Positions 40,781 through 51,659 of a stretch of 64,000 nt of DNA are shown here, piece after piece (within the stretch, counting starts at the first letter, position 1; every line of letters starts with the position of its first letter). Made by a program: the position numbers and the translations under genes. Source of the stretch: Schmidtea polychroa. Taxonomy: Eukaryota. Location: positions 16,866,001-16,930,000 of the forward strand of contig CM097885.1 of assembly GCA_044892525.1 (NCBI GenBank), written 5' to 3'. The notes under the pieces were generated by a model. The model made no database searches. It was not told where the DNA came from and saw only the letters and a list, made by a program, of their open reading frames with translations.

Positions 40781-43700
40781 TCAGTAATCTTCTCCGTCAA
40801 AATTGTCGTCATCATCATATATAAAAGTGTCCCCTATCCGATAATGCCCATATGCCAAACTCTTGTTTTTCGATTTCCAATACCGCTTGTCATCTCTATT
40901 TGTCAGCGCCTTCTTAATGTTTTTTATGCTGTACAATTGATGATTTTTGGATGCAATGCGGAATTGTGGCACAGAGTAAACCTTATTGTTAAAATAACAA
41001 TCACGATAGGAATTGTGATCTAAGCCAGTATCTTTCAACGTGACAGATTTTGCTTTAAGAGTTTCTTTATCACCTAATAAGCTGTAACACTTGGGACGAA
41101 GAAACACCCACTCCTTATATCTCAATCCTTTATTCTCGTCTTTGAATTTTCCAATGACGGAATCTAGTGCTCTACTATATAAAGGATGTTGTGGGTTATA
41201 ATTAGATGTGTCAAGCAAGGAGTCACGAATCATGGCAGGTAAGAGAATGTCAAGACTACAATTTTTAATTTCCAAAAAGAAAGAGTCTGTATCACTAGCT
41301 ACTATATTAATTTCACAGTTAAACTCATCGCGATATTTTTGCAATTCATTATACTGCAACTGATACATTCTCAGTTTAGAAAGATCAAGTACAGTTTGCC
41401 CGATGTAGCTGGGCCTATCTAAACATACAGACTCTTTCATAAGCAAAACCGAAATCAAATCATCGTCTATCCTAGTAGATTTCTTAAATGCCGGTTTTGA
41501 GGCATATGTGATAAGTTTTTGTGCGGAATTGCACAGTCGTAAGTTAATACGTTTTTTCAAGTTCTCAACAGTTTTTCCATACAAACTGTTATTGAGCAAC
41601 TTGTAATAGTCTTTATCGAGCGGTGTTATGGATGCGGCTCGTAGTTGTGTGTTGGTATCTATGTATTTCTTGAAGACAGTGCTTTGTGTATACCTAATAG
41701 CCCTATGTACCTTGGTAACAACAACACCTAACTGAAGAAAGATTTGGAGAAGTCGCCAATGTAAAACATAGTGTGTTTTCGGATCGTGTGTAAGTAGCAA
41801 CTTCTCCACTTTAGAAAAAGGTGGGCACATCTTACCAGGAGCTACCGGAAAATCATCTAGTTTGTCATGGATAGATTTCGGTATTTTTAAATCTACTTCT
41901 ATAGTATAGCCATAATCAAGTTGATTTAAATCTTCCGTTGTGCACTCAATTAATAATCTCTCTAAAGCAATGTCATCAGTCACCCATTCAAAACCACCGT
42001 CGGGAAGCTTTTGTGATAAAGCCCATCCATACAGGTTGTTGATGTCAATATACAACAACTCTGTATTTTCATCACTACTAACAAAATGTTTATTCACAAA
42101 CGTTATCCCACCTCTAATCCCACCTTCAAAGAAATTATACATTTCCATGTCGGTGAGAAGCTCAATCGGTTTATCAAGACTTAACAAAGCAGAACTCCAA
42201 GAAAGACTGGGGATACCTAGGAAATTCAAAGGCTCAAGCCTATTATGAGCAATACTCTTAGCTCGGAATTGCTGAAAAAAGTCAGCCAACAGAAATACAT
42301 CTAATTTCAAATAGACCATCATATAATCCAAAAGGGAATTACATGATGTCTCTTGCCAGATTAGTTTTGCTTTATTGTATTCATCATCGGATACATCACT
42401 CCATTTAGGGGGCAATTCTAATGTAGAAATTAATACATCAAGGGAAGTTGCTACATCATAAGGGAAAATCCCTTTACTCTTAATAATAGACCCTCTAAAC
42501 TCAGATTCTGTCAAAGGTAATGTGTTAAGGGTTGAGACAGCATTTTTCAAAGACGAATTTACAAACTGACAAGAATCTATAAATTTCACAGTCAGGGAAT
42601 CAATATGCACAAAAAGAGATAAAAAATTTTCACTTGTCACCGGTATACAAGAAATATGCCAGGACTTATATTTAGCCAAGCCAAATTTGAGGATATGATG
42701 GAGATCATATCCTCTCAAATTATGAAAGACTACAGGTAGTGTGTGGTATATTTTCCTGGAAAGATTACAAGTGTTGCAAGCAGCACCAAGGAATTGACCG
42801 GTAAAGTGATCATGATCCCTGACTGGTTTAACTAATAATTTTTTACACAAATGACAGTTTGTGCTGTTATTAAAATTAATTTGGTCATTTTCTGTGAATA
42901 TCATTTTCTTATTTTTATTTTTATAATAATAGGGAGTTACAATCTTTTTAGCGATATCATTAATTTCTTTTAAAAATTCGTCTATACAAGAAAGGCCTAT
43001 GAATGATTTATAAAATTTTGCGCCTGTATTATTATTTATACATAAAAGTCCAGCCGAAATGGGTAAATGTTTCTGATAATATTTAGAATCTTTAGGAAGG
43101 ATTGCCTCAAAATCGGCATAAATAACAAAAGGAGGAGTAATCATTTTACTATAGTCTGTGAATTCTAATAATGGATCTTTTGGTAGTGTGTACATTGTGG
43201 TTCCTAATTGGTTTCGTTCACAAAGACCTTGATGTTTAATAAAACTATCTTCAAATCTGAATCCATTCAGACATCTAGGACACCACTTACAGTAAATACG
43301 AACAGAACTTATTGATGAATTTCGGCAATTAAGAAAGATGTTTAAATCAGATATAGCGACGTAATGGTAGGTTTTCCGATTCTGTAATAATAACAAATTT
43401 AGACAAGTACCTCCTACTATTTTACTGCGATAAATTATATCTATAAAAGGATGTTTCATGATGGGACCCGAAATTAACCCAGTTTCGTCATAACTTAAAA
43501 CATTAATTGAATAACCTGGGTTTTGTCGTTCAAATTTTGAGATATTTGATAATTTCATTGGCATATCTGCCGGGTTATATATCAGATCTGAAAGGTTATA
43601 AGAACTAGGCAGATGACGCAATTCATCAGGAGTACTATCATATTTTATAAGAGCCAAAACCGAGTAAAGGAAACAAAATTCGTCATCATTATTTACATTT

Positions 43701-44656
43701 ATTATACATTTTTTCCTGATTAATGTTTTCGGGGTTTCAATATATTTACGACCACTCAACCTACTAATCTTTGAATATTTTGTCACAATAAAACTAATGT
43801 ATTCTATTTTGTTAATGGTCCAATTACTTCCCTTTTCATTTATTTTACTAATTTTTTCATTTAAAAGAGAGATACCATCATCAATAAATGTGTCGCTCCA
43901 TACACGAGCAGAGTTTGAGATTATGAAAGACTGAAATTCATCATTTTTCTCAAACTCTACTTTAATACAAAATTGAATTTTTACTGATTTCATTTTATTT
44001 ACAATTTCTAACAATTTTTCTATGAGAACGTCAGGAACAGAAAGAATTTTACAATTCAAGGAAGATATATCCAACTTAACTATTACATGGGAACTATTCA
44101 GGTCGGAAACTACGTCGACTATACCACTACCTACTTGGGGTACAACATCACTATTTTCAAATTCACTATTTTCAAATTCACTATTTTCAAATTCACTATT
44201 TTCAAATTCACTATTTATAACTTCACTATTTATAACTTCACTATTTACAACTTCACTATTTACAACTTCATTACTTACAACATCATCGTCGTCTTCACTA
44301 ATGACTATTATTTCTTTCATCTTTTTTGTGGGAATTTCTGTGGGAATTTCTAAATGTCTTTTATTACCTATTATTCCTATTAATCTATTGACTGTTTCCA
44401 TTAATTGTCGATTTTGTATCAACATGGCATTAATCATACTTTTGTTGGTGGTCCTATTATTGATTTTTGTTGATGTTTCCATTAATTGTCGATTTTGTAA
44501 GTTTTCGGTGTTCCTATTATTAGTTGATGATATATATTTTTGATACGCAATTTTGAAAACTGATTTTTTAGAAGGCATATATTGGGTTAAATGATTACGA
44601 TGTTTATCATAAAATTTGGTATATGTCGATGTTTCAAGAGATGGCATGTAGGACAT
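40781..44656 (-). CDS. polB: Protein-primed family B DNA polymerase with endonuclease VII-like insertion
   Basis: Exonuclease motifs YADFE, FHNLRGYD, YLKLDV. Polymerase motifs YIDINNLYG, KLLNNSLYGK, SDTDS. Insertion CHLC...VRDHDHFTG...CNTCN. 15-bp tandem repeat (NSEVV/NSEFE) at about 44150-44280. Confidence 0.95.
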   Translation of the reverse strand: MSYMPSLETSTYTKFYDKHRNHLTQYMPSKKSVFKIAYQKYISSTNNRNTENLQNRQLMETSTKINNRTTNKSMINAMLIQNRQLMETVNRLIGIIGNKRHLEIPTEIPTKKMKEIIVISEDDDDVVSNEVVNSEVVNSEVINSEVINSEFENSEFENSEFENSEFENSDVVPQVGSGIVDVVSDLNSSHVIVKLDISSLNCKILSVPDVLIEKLLEIVNKMKSVKIQFCIKVEFEKNDEFQSFIISNSARVWSDTFIDDGISLLNEKISKINEKGSNWTINKIEYISFIVTKYSKISRLSGRKYIETPKTLIRKKCIINVNNDDEFCFLYSVLALIKYDSTPDELRHLPSSYNLSDLIYNPADMPMKLSNISKFERQNPGYSINVLSYDETGLISGPIMKHPFIDIIYRSKIVGGTCLNLLLLQNRKTYHYVAISDLNIFLNCRNSSISSVRIYCKWCPRCLNGFRFEDSFIKHQGLCERNQLGTTMYTLPKDPLLEFTDYSKMITPPFVIYADFEAILPKDSKYYQKHLPISAGLLCINNNTGAKFYKSFIGLSCIDEFLKEINDIAKKIVTPYYYKNKNKKMIFTENDQINFNNSTNCHLCKKLLVKPVRDHDHFTGQFLGAACNTCNLSRKIYHTLPVVFHNLRGYDLHHILKFGLAKYKSWHISCIPVTSENFLSLFVHIDSLTVKFIDSCQFVNSSLKNAVSTLNTLPLTESEFRGSIIKSKGIFPYDVATSLDVLISTLELPPKWSDVSDDEYNKAKLIWQETSCNSLLDYMMVYLKLDVFLLADFFQQFRAKSIAHNRLEPLNFLGIPSLSWSSALLSLDKPIELLTDMEMYNFFEGGIRGGITFVNKHFVSSDENTELLYIDINNLYGWALSQKLPDGGFEWVTDDIALERLLIECTTEDLNQLDYGYTIEVDLKIPKSIHDKLDDFPVAPGKMCPPFSKVEKLLLTHDPKTHYVLHWRLLQIFLQLGVVVTKVHRAIRYTQSTVFKKYIDTNTQLRAASITPLDKDYYKLLNNSLYGKTVENLKKRINLRLCNSAQKLITYASKPAFKKSTRIDDDLISVLLMKESVCLDRPSYIGQTVLDLSKLRMYQLQYNELQKYRDEFNCEINIVASDTDSFFLEIKNCSLDILLPAMIRDSLLDTSNYNPQHPLYSRALDSVIGKFKDENKGLRYKEWVFLRPKCYSLLGDKETLKAKSVTLKDTGLDHNSYRDCYFNNKVYSVPQFRIASKNHQLYSIKNIKKALTNRDDKRYWKSKNKSLAYGHYRIGDTFIYDDDDNFDGEDY

Positions 44657-45612
44657 AACAAGTATGTTACACTTTTATATTCATGACCATAATATTTTTC
44701 CATAATATCGTCACAGTCATGATGTGTAACACTGTTACAAAAGGTTGGATATTTATAACCTATAAAATAAGTAAAATAGTATTATTATCAAAATTATTAT
44801 TATTATTATTATCAAAATTATTATTATTTATTATTACTATATAATCTGAGTTTATACGACAAAATATTCTGTCCCTCCCTTGCTCATAAGTGTATTATAT
44901 TTAAATTTATTTTAATTAAATAAAAACATATTCATTTTCTTTATAAAAATTAATTTCATTATTTGTTTCATAACAAAATTGACTTCATACATTTTCTTTA
45001 TAACAAAATTGACTTCATATTAATTTAAAAAATCATAATAATTTAAAGTAAATTAATTTAAAAATCATAATAATTTAAAGCATATTAATTTTAAAATTTT
45101 AAAAAACCTACATTTAGGTTTCTTGCACGCGAGATTGTGTACAGCATTATTTACTAAAAAATCATAATAATAATAATAATTTAAAAATTAAATTTACCAT
45201 AATTTCCGGAAACATTATTTTCAATTCCATTACTTGCTGAAAAATTATAAGTTCCCGAAACATTATTTTCATTAATGTAGACTAAAATATAAATAAAAAT
45301 AAAAACATATTAAAAAAAAAAATTACCCATACGATTTCTTCGAATAATTTCCTTGATTTCATTTGAAATATTTTGCATTTTGAATAAATGAAAAAGAATT
45401 ACAAAAACATAGATTATATATGTAACGTTTATCCAATCAAAATGCAGATAGGATAGAAAAAATTAACGCACACATATTCATGTCTTTGTTTAAAAAAGAA
45501 TGAGTCATCGATGACTCACATAGTAACAAATAATGTCTTTGTTACTCACATAAAGACATGCAATACAAGTGCATGAAATTTGTTGATATGAATAATAAAA
45601 TTAATTAATAAT

Positions 45613-45672
<60 letters not shown>

Positions 45673-45694
45673 CTTGTGACATTTAATACATTTA

Positions 45695-46079
45695 TTAAAC
45701 AAAATTATACATTGATAACAACCATGCAAGGCAATGTTGGCCACAAGTAATTGAAAATGGATTTTGATACCGAGTTCGATTATATACAATAGGTTTACCA
45801 ATAGTTTGCAATTTACTAATTAATAAATTTGGGTAATAATATCCAAAGGGATCGAATGCATATACTCGGTTTGGTTTCACATATACAGCAATCCAATGTT
45901 CACCTCCTAAACTAGATGTATGAGTATTGACGATTATGGCTTGATTATTTCTCAAATATGGAATTTTATCCAGTGGATAAACTCCAAGAAATTCGTTTCC
46001 CAATAATTGAGTACCAATTCGAGACACCTGAATAGAACTAATCAATAAGTTAAATTATAAAATAAAAATCTTACTCCAT
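45695..46079 (-). CDS. Adenain-like cysteine protease (probably with a 37-bp intron 46038-46074)
   Basis: NT...GEHW, FDPFG and YQ....TCGQHC catalytic motifs. ATG GA|GTAAGA...TTAG|T TCT gives MDSIQVSRIG. Confidence 0.88.
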
Positions 46080-46109
46080 AAAAAACTTTAATCTTTTAAA
46101 TTTCTTCAT

Positions 46110-47336
46110 TTATACTAGTACAGTTCGATTTGCAGTAATTTGGATTTCATTTTCAAAAACCCCATAGATTATTACATGGACTGGTTCAGTAGTTGCTTTA
46201 CCGAACTTAATATCCAATCTCAAATTGCCACTTTGAGGTAATTGACTTTGATTTAAATCAAAATCTGGAGCCAGAACAAATGTGAAAAATGGATAGAATG
46301 TTTTGAATTCTTCCAGACTTATACCACAATTAAGATTTTTATCCAAATATCCTAAATTTCTGACAAGACTTTGCATATATGAAGTACAATAATTATCATT
46401 ATCAAAATCTTGAGTATAAGTTTCTCGATAATCAGTATTTTTCGATAATGAAAGAGAAGTTACACTAAAGTGTTTGAATTTTGATGAAGATGTATCATAA
46501 GATCCGTTATATTGAGCTTCACTTTGAAAAGTTACAAGGATAAAATTAGGCATTCTTCGATCTCCAAATATTTGGTCCTTGTAAAAAGATGATGCTCCTT
46601 TAGCAATTGCAAATGATACAATTTCTTTTGTTTTTATCGGATAAATTGCATGTTTGGTATTTAATCCAATTTGATGTCCCGCTAATACAGACGATTCACA
46701 TCGAACTCTTCGAACCATTAATTTGGCATCGAGTAATATTAATTTAGGTGCTGCACCTGCAACTCCAGTTGATAATGACAATGCAGAATCAGATCTTTTC
46801 AATCTCATATGTACATTAACACCTGGTAGTAAATATTTGGGTTGATCCATAAAATCCAATTGTAGAGATGAACACATGTTGAAAGTTTTTGAGCCTTTAA
46901 TCCACTTTTTTCGATCATCAGATACACCATATCCCATTGGAGTTAGACAAGTATCTTTAGTATCATTATTATAATTTAAAATAGTTTCGATAATTGCCTT
47001 GTGAGCATATGTATTGTTTCCACCCTCAATTTTAATGTTATTAAATCCAAGAATAACATCTTTAAAGAGAGTATGAAACAAGAAATTATTAGGTTCAGTT
47101 GTATCATCTGCAGCTAATGCTTTATTGTCTTTATCTACAACTTTTATTTGAACATACAACAAAGTATCGTTCAAATCTAAATATTCTGTTTGAGAACCAT
47201 TAATGTAAAATTCCACATCATTTCTACTATCGGTAATAGAATTCATTGGAAATACATCTTCAAATGCTCCATATTCGATAACCGCCTGAGGCGATGGTCG
47301 ATCAAATAGACATAATTCAGATTTACCGCAAATCAT
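46110..47336 (-). CDS. Major capsid protein (double jelly-roll)
   Basis: 408 aa with Polinton MCP-type motifs KSELCLF, YLDLNDTLLYV, HTLFKDV, QPKYLLPGV and GNLRLDIKF; position within the element fits. Confidence 0.88.
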   Translation of the reverse strand: MICGKSELCLFDRPSPQAVIEYGAFEDVFPMNSITDSRNDVEFYINGSQTEYLDLNDTLLYVQIKVVDKDNKALAADDTTEPNNFLFHTLFKDVILGFNNIKIEGGNNTYAHKAIIETILNYNNDTKDTCLTPMGYGVSDDRKKWIKGSKTFNMCSSLQLDFMDQPKYLLPGVNVHMRLKRSDSALSLSTGVAGAAPKLILLDAKLMVRRVRCESSVLAGHQIGLNTKHAIYPIKTKEIVSFAIAKGASSFYKDQIFGDRRMPNFILVTFQSEAQYNGSYDTSSSKFKHFSVTSLSLSKNTDYRETYTQDFDNDNYCTSYMQSLVRNLGYLDKNLNCGISLEEFKTFYPFFTFVLAPDFDLNQSQLPQSGNLRLDIKFGKATTEPVHVIIYGVFENEIQITANRTVLV

Positions 47337-47722
47337 TCTTCAAATATGGTTCCGTGTCCTTTCATTCGTTTGTTTATATGCCTTCTCCCTCTCTTGCGTT
47401 TAGTTCCCATACTTGTTTTAATTTCACTTTCAAATTTACGTTTTACTGGTACCAGTGCTGGTTCAGTTTTAAACATACCAGGTATTACTTTACTTATTTC
47501 AGCAATTGCATTTGATTTCAACGATGGTAATATTTTCTTGTCATTCATAATTACATCTTTTGCAGTTTTCATACCGAAATTACCAATACGTTTAAGAATT
47601 GGTAACGCAAATCTACCAATTGTTCTCAACCACCCACTTCCGTACTGTTTACCAACAAAATATGGTAATTCGCCACCACTTTGGCTACCACTATACATAC
47701 TAATAATATCAGAATTAGCCAT
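47333..47722 (-). CDS. Small basic core-like protein
   Basis: QSGG and QYGSG motifs, amphipathic WLRTIGRFALPILKRIG and an Arg/Lys-rich tail; lies between penton and MCP. Confidence 0.7.
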   Translation of the reverse strand: MANSDIISMYSGSQSGGELPYFVGKQYGSGWLRTIGRFALPILKRIGNFGMKTAKDVIMNDKKILPSLKSNAIAEISKVIPGMFKTEPALVPVKRKFESEIKTSMGTKRKRGRRHINKRMKGHGTIFEE

Positions 47723-48734
47723 CTACTTTACGAAAATGTAGTGTCAAATGAGTTTTTGAATCTTTTGCAAATTCGATTAATTGACCAGAATCATCTCTTA
47801 TATTTATTTCTATATTGTTTATACAGGATGTTGAAACAGGCAAATACATGGGATTTTCTACATTGATTTGTACAACATCATCTTGTTCATGTTTCTCAAC
47901 CCAAATAGATTTCAATAGAGGAACCAAAGAATCACCAACAATTATGGGTTCAATAATATTAGTATAGAGAAACATTTGATGATGAAGTTTAATTATTTTC
48001 GGTTTATTCATACCTACATTTAATTTTCCATCTTGAATATATGTTCCTTTTGATAATCCTAATGTTTTTATTAGATTTTTATCAAAAGTAATTTCAGTAA
48101 TATCAGTATTCAAACTGAATTTGAACAAAGTATTGTCTACTAATTCCAATGATTTAAATATTGATCCACAATTCTGAATTAAATATGATTGTAATTCCTC
48201 CAATTTAGAAATGTATAAATTCTCATTAAACGTATATGTATTTTCAGTTTCACCCTCAAACTCAACTTTCATTGAAATTGTCTCATATCGCGCTGCTACT
48301 TTGGTAAATCTCGGCCGTAGTACTTGGAATATATTAGTATGATTTCTATTACTCTGACTTGTTAATTCCAATCGTTTTGCCATTGCTAAACTATCAAATT
48401 TTATAGTAAAGGGATGATATTTACATTCAACTATTAAATATTGACGATCAATATACATTTTGACAATTGAATCGGAAGGACCAATATCAATTCGATCTTC
48501 TACATTATCAATGACAAAAGAGATATTTCTTTGCGTCTCTTTCTTTTTATATTCAATTTTAGCTTTACTATAAATTGGAAAGAGATTGTACACAAATGTA
48601 AAGTCAAGGAGAGCAACTTCCCAATTACCATTTAAATAAATCGGATTTTGGAGATTGACCATAAATTTACTGGCAGTGTTTTCTGGATGTATATTCGGAC
48701 AACTATTCCTTGGCAAAATAATGTAAAAATTCAT
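47715..48734 (-). CDS. Minor capsid protein (penton)
   Basis: MNFYIILPRNS...PENTASKF...L.GNWEVAL N-terminus. YTNIIEPIIVGDSLVPLLK...YLPV...IEINIRDDSG...LHFR C-terminus. Confidence 0.85.
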   Translation of the reverse strand: MNFYIILPRNSCPNIHPENTASKFMVNLQNPIYLNGNWEVALLDFTFVYNLFPIYSKAKIEYKKKETQRNISFVIDNVEDRIDIGPSDSIVKMYIDRQYLIVECKYHPFTIKFDSLAMAKRLELTSQSNRNHTNIFQVLRPRFTKVAARYETISMKVEFEGETENTYTFNENLYISKLEELQSYLIQNCGSIFKSLELVDNTLFKFSLNTDITEITFDKNLIKTLGLSKGTYIQDGKLNVGMNKPKIIKLHHQMFLYTNIIEPIIVGDSLVPLLKSIWVEKHEQDDVVQINVENPMYLPVSTSCINNIEINIRDDSGQLIEFAKDSKTHLTLHFRKVDG

Positions 48735-49371
48735 TTTACGAGGTCTCGAGACGATATCCATGATGGGTTTTTATATCCATGCCATTTGACATAGTATTGT
48801 TTATCCTTACCCACCATTTTAGTTTTCAATATTTTTTGAATTCTAAATACTTTTGGGGGAGGAATGACTTGTAATTCTTGCTCATAAAATTTCCCTTGTA
48901 CAATGTTATTTTCAGAATCTCTGATGACATACATCACAGGGTTCTGGCTAGTATTTATTTTCGAAATTACAAAGACTTCATCACTCCAATTTGTATCGAA
49001 ATTTTTAATAAATGGTGATGCACTAATTTTACTAATTCTAACATGGTCACCAACTTTATATTTCGGTTTTGTACTTTTTTTCAGATTTTTTAGAATAGAA
49101 TGTTTTTGATGTGATATCAACCGGTCTCAATCCATTAAGTCCTCGATGTGATGAATTATTATAACTGGTTATAATTTTTGGTAAAACCAATACCCATTTT
49201 TTATTACCTTGATACACGAACAATTTCTTTAATCTATCTCTCAAGGTTCTGTTAAATCTTTCAACATGAGCAGCTTTGTATTGAGAATGTACCGAGTAGT
49301 GATTTATTTTCAGTTTATCGAGGATTTGCTTAACTTTACTGTTGTAGAATTCTTTACCTAAAATAATAATA

Positions 49372-49458
<87 letters not shown>

Positions 49459-49846
49459 CTAAATCCGTTTGTAAATTATTAGGATGTCCATTTTTAAATA
49501 AAATATTAATAGCTTTGGACATTTCATCTGCAGATTTTGACTTGACTGGTATTGCTCGTGCAAACCTGCTGTATACATTAATACACGTTAAAATATATTT
49601 ATACCCCTTGTTAATTTTTGAATAGGGTATCATCTCCATCAAATCCATTTGCCACAAATCATTTATTCCATATGTTTTATACGCTCTTGTTGGAAATCTT
49701 TTCTGCATTGGTTTGTTCAAACTGTACGCTAGTTGATTTGATAACCACTTCTGGGTTTCTTTTTTCGAATTCGGAACTCTTTTCTTTAATTTTGCCACTC
49801 CACCGAAACCGGCTTCGTCTTCTGGGTTCGTCCAAATCTTCTCCAT
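48731..49846 (-). CDS. Retroviral-like (rve) integrase with C-terminal chromo-like domain; one intron (49358-49458) and one frameshift (~49105)
   Basis: WQMDL, spliced QTDLG|KEFYN, KAAHVERFNRTL, KYKVGDHVRISK, YYVKWHGY...SWI. Confidence 0.9.
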
Positions 49847-49901
49847 TACAACAGGAAGATTTAAAATTCAAATTAAGATTTGGTAATGATTGACCCATTG
49901 T

Positions 49902-50393
49902 TTATGATGATGATTTTAATAAACCTGCCCCTCCCAATAAAGATAATGCTATTGGTATCAAGGCTGCAATGAAGCCTCCTTGTTGTTTATATATGATTTT
50001 ACGCATACGTTTTTTATTTTTAGTATTTACTAATGATAATAATGGTTTCTTGTGTCTGTTCAAAATCTTTTTATTTGATGTACTTATACGGAATTTACCT
50101 TTAACAACTTTAATTAAAATAGCAAGTAAATCATCAATAACATAATTTGGAAAAGACTGTAAAATATTCATTCTTCTCATACTGGGAGCCTTAAGTAATG
50201 CAATGAAAAACGGAAAACTACGATGAGAATTACTCGGCGGAATATGATTACTCGGTGGAATACGATTACTCGGCGGAATATTATCAATAAGCAATTTTTT
50301 CGATGGTGTGAAACTAGTTTTTGGTGGAATCTTAACCACTTTTGCAGGTTTCCTTCTTGTAGGTTTTGTCTTTACACGAGTTTTTAGTAACAT
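49902..50393 (-). CDS. Basic Polinton structural protein with hydrophobic C-terminal peptide
   Basis: Lys/Arg-rich, ending QQGG-FIAALIPIALSLLGG; typical small conserved Polinton ORF next to the ATPase. Confidence 0.7.
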   Translation of the reverse strand: MLLKTRVKTKPTRRKPAKVVKIPPKTSFTPSKKLLIDNIPPSNRIPPSNHIPPSNSHRSFPFFIALLKAPSMRRMNILQSFPNYVIDDLLAILIKVVKGKFRISTSNKKILNRHKKPLLSLVNTKNKKRMRKIIYKQQGGFIAALIPIALSLLGGAGLLKSSS

Positions 50394-50414
50394 GATTGAT
50401 AATTTATTTTGGTT

Positions 50415-51038
50415 TTATCTTTGTTTATATACTATAGCTCCTTCCTTGTTAAATATATCTGTTCTTACTCGTAATTCATCAGGACACTGTTGTGTAAAAT
50501 CTAGAAAAATATATCCATGTGGGGATTTTGTTGCATCGACAAATGCATTCATTAAGAAATTTCGATTATTTGGATATGCTTGCCTTGCAAGAAAGTCAAT
50601 CACTGTAGCATCTCTCGGATTTTTGAAAACAACTAAATATTGAACATTCAAATTACGAGTTCGGTGAGATCCACCTTGATGAAAAAGATTTTGAGTGATA
50701 AAAATTACAGTGACACCTTTATGTCTACTAATTTTTGTAAACAAATTATTAAAATCCTTTTCTTTATTTGCTTCTTGATATAAATCATCAATAATAATCA
50801 CATCACCCTGTCGTAATCTAGATGACCAGTTTTTATCGAACCCTTTTATGATTGTCATTTTGATTTTACAAAACTGATCTTGCGTCATTCCGCTTTCATC
50901 ATCAGCTCCCCTATGCCAATAAATTTTATTAAATTTTGACTTGAATAATTTTGATTGTAATAATTTACAAACAAACAATGTTTTCCCGCTACCACTCGGG
51001 CCAACGATTTGGTATACTGCATCATTTCTTAATTGCAT
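50415..51038 (-). CDS. FtsK/HerA (A32-like) packaging ATPase
   Basis: Walker A GPSGSGKT, Walker B IIIDD, SRH..VTVIFITQNLF, FKNPRD, PHGYIFLDF. Confidence 0.93.
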   Translation of the reverse strand: MQLRNDAVYQIVGPSGSGKTLFVCKLLQSKLFKSKFNKIYWHRGADDESGMTQDQFCKIKMTIIKGFDKNWSSRLRQGDVIIIDDLYQEANKEKDFNNLFTKISRHKGVTVIFITQNLFHQGGSHRTRNLNVQYLVVFKNPRDATVIDFLARQAYPNNRNFLMNAFVDATKSPHGYIFLDFTQQCPDELRVRTDIFNKEGAIVYKQR

Positions 51039-51146
51039 TTTTTATTTTTAATTTTAAAATATCTAGTTATTGTTTATATTAGATGATTTTAATGAACTCT
51101 TGCTAAAGTTGTATATAAAGAGTAAAATTTCATAAATGACTTAATT

Positions 51147-51584
51147 ATGCTTGCAAATATAAATTATCGAGGAAATTTTGATGTTTCAAAAATGAGGTTC
51201 CCACCAGGAAAACCACAGCAAATTGTCGATAGAAGCGGGAAATATCCGATAATATTTTTCAAGACTGGCAAATGCAGAATTATGGGATGTAAGGAACCAT
51301 TGGATATTAATAAATTACAATATCGAATCAATAATATTAAAATTCAATCAATTACCGTTACTATGGATATGGGACATACTATCAATTTATACAAAATATC
51401 GAGAAAATGTGATTGTATGTTTGAACCGGAATTGTTTCCGGCATTAAGACTATTAAAATATAACCCTATATGTGTCAATGTGTTTTCAAGTGGAAAGGTT
51501 GTCATGCTTGGGTTGAGAAATTTAGACTATAGGGAATTTGTTAACAATGTTCGGAATGAGTTAAATTCATTGGTCGATTTCTAA
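51147..51584 (+). CDS. TATA-binding-protein (TBP)-like protein
   Basis: Two TBP half-repeats: IIFFKTGKCRIMG and FEPELFPALRL...VNVFSSGKVVMLG. TATA-like GTATATAAAG about 35 bp upstream. Confidence 0.85.
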   Translation: MLANINYRGNFDVSKMRFPPGKPQQIVDRSGKYPIIFFKTGKCRIMGCKEPLDINKLQYRINNIKIQSITVTMDMGHTINLYKISRKCDCMFEPELFPALRLLKYNPICVNVFSSGKVVMLGLRNLDYREFVNNVRNELNSLVDF

Positions 51585-51659
51585 TTGGTTAATTTCTAAT
51601 TGGTTAATAATAATAATATTAACTGTTTAGATGTCATTAATGCTAGCGCGGCAAAATCA

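Noticed and set aside
44575..44880. Downstream exons linking the 45378 mini-exons to pPolB
   Set aside because: The pPolB frame is closed a few codons upstream of ATG 44656 and the splice phases were ambiguous; left unresolved.
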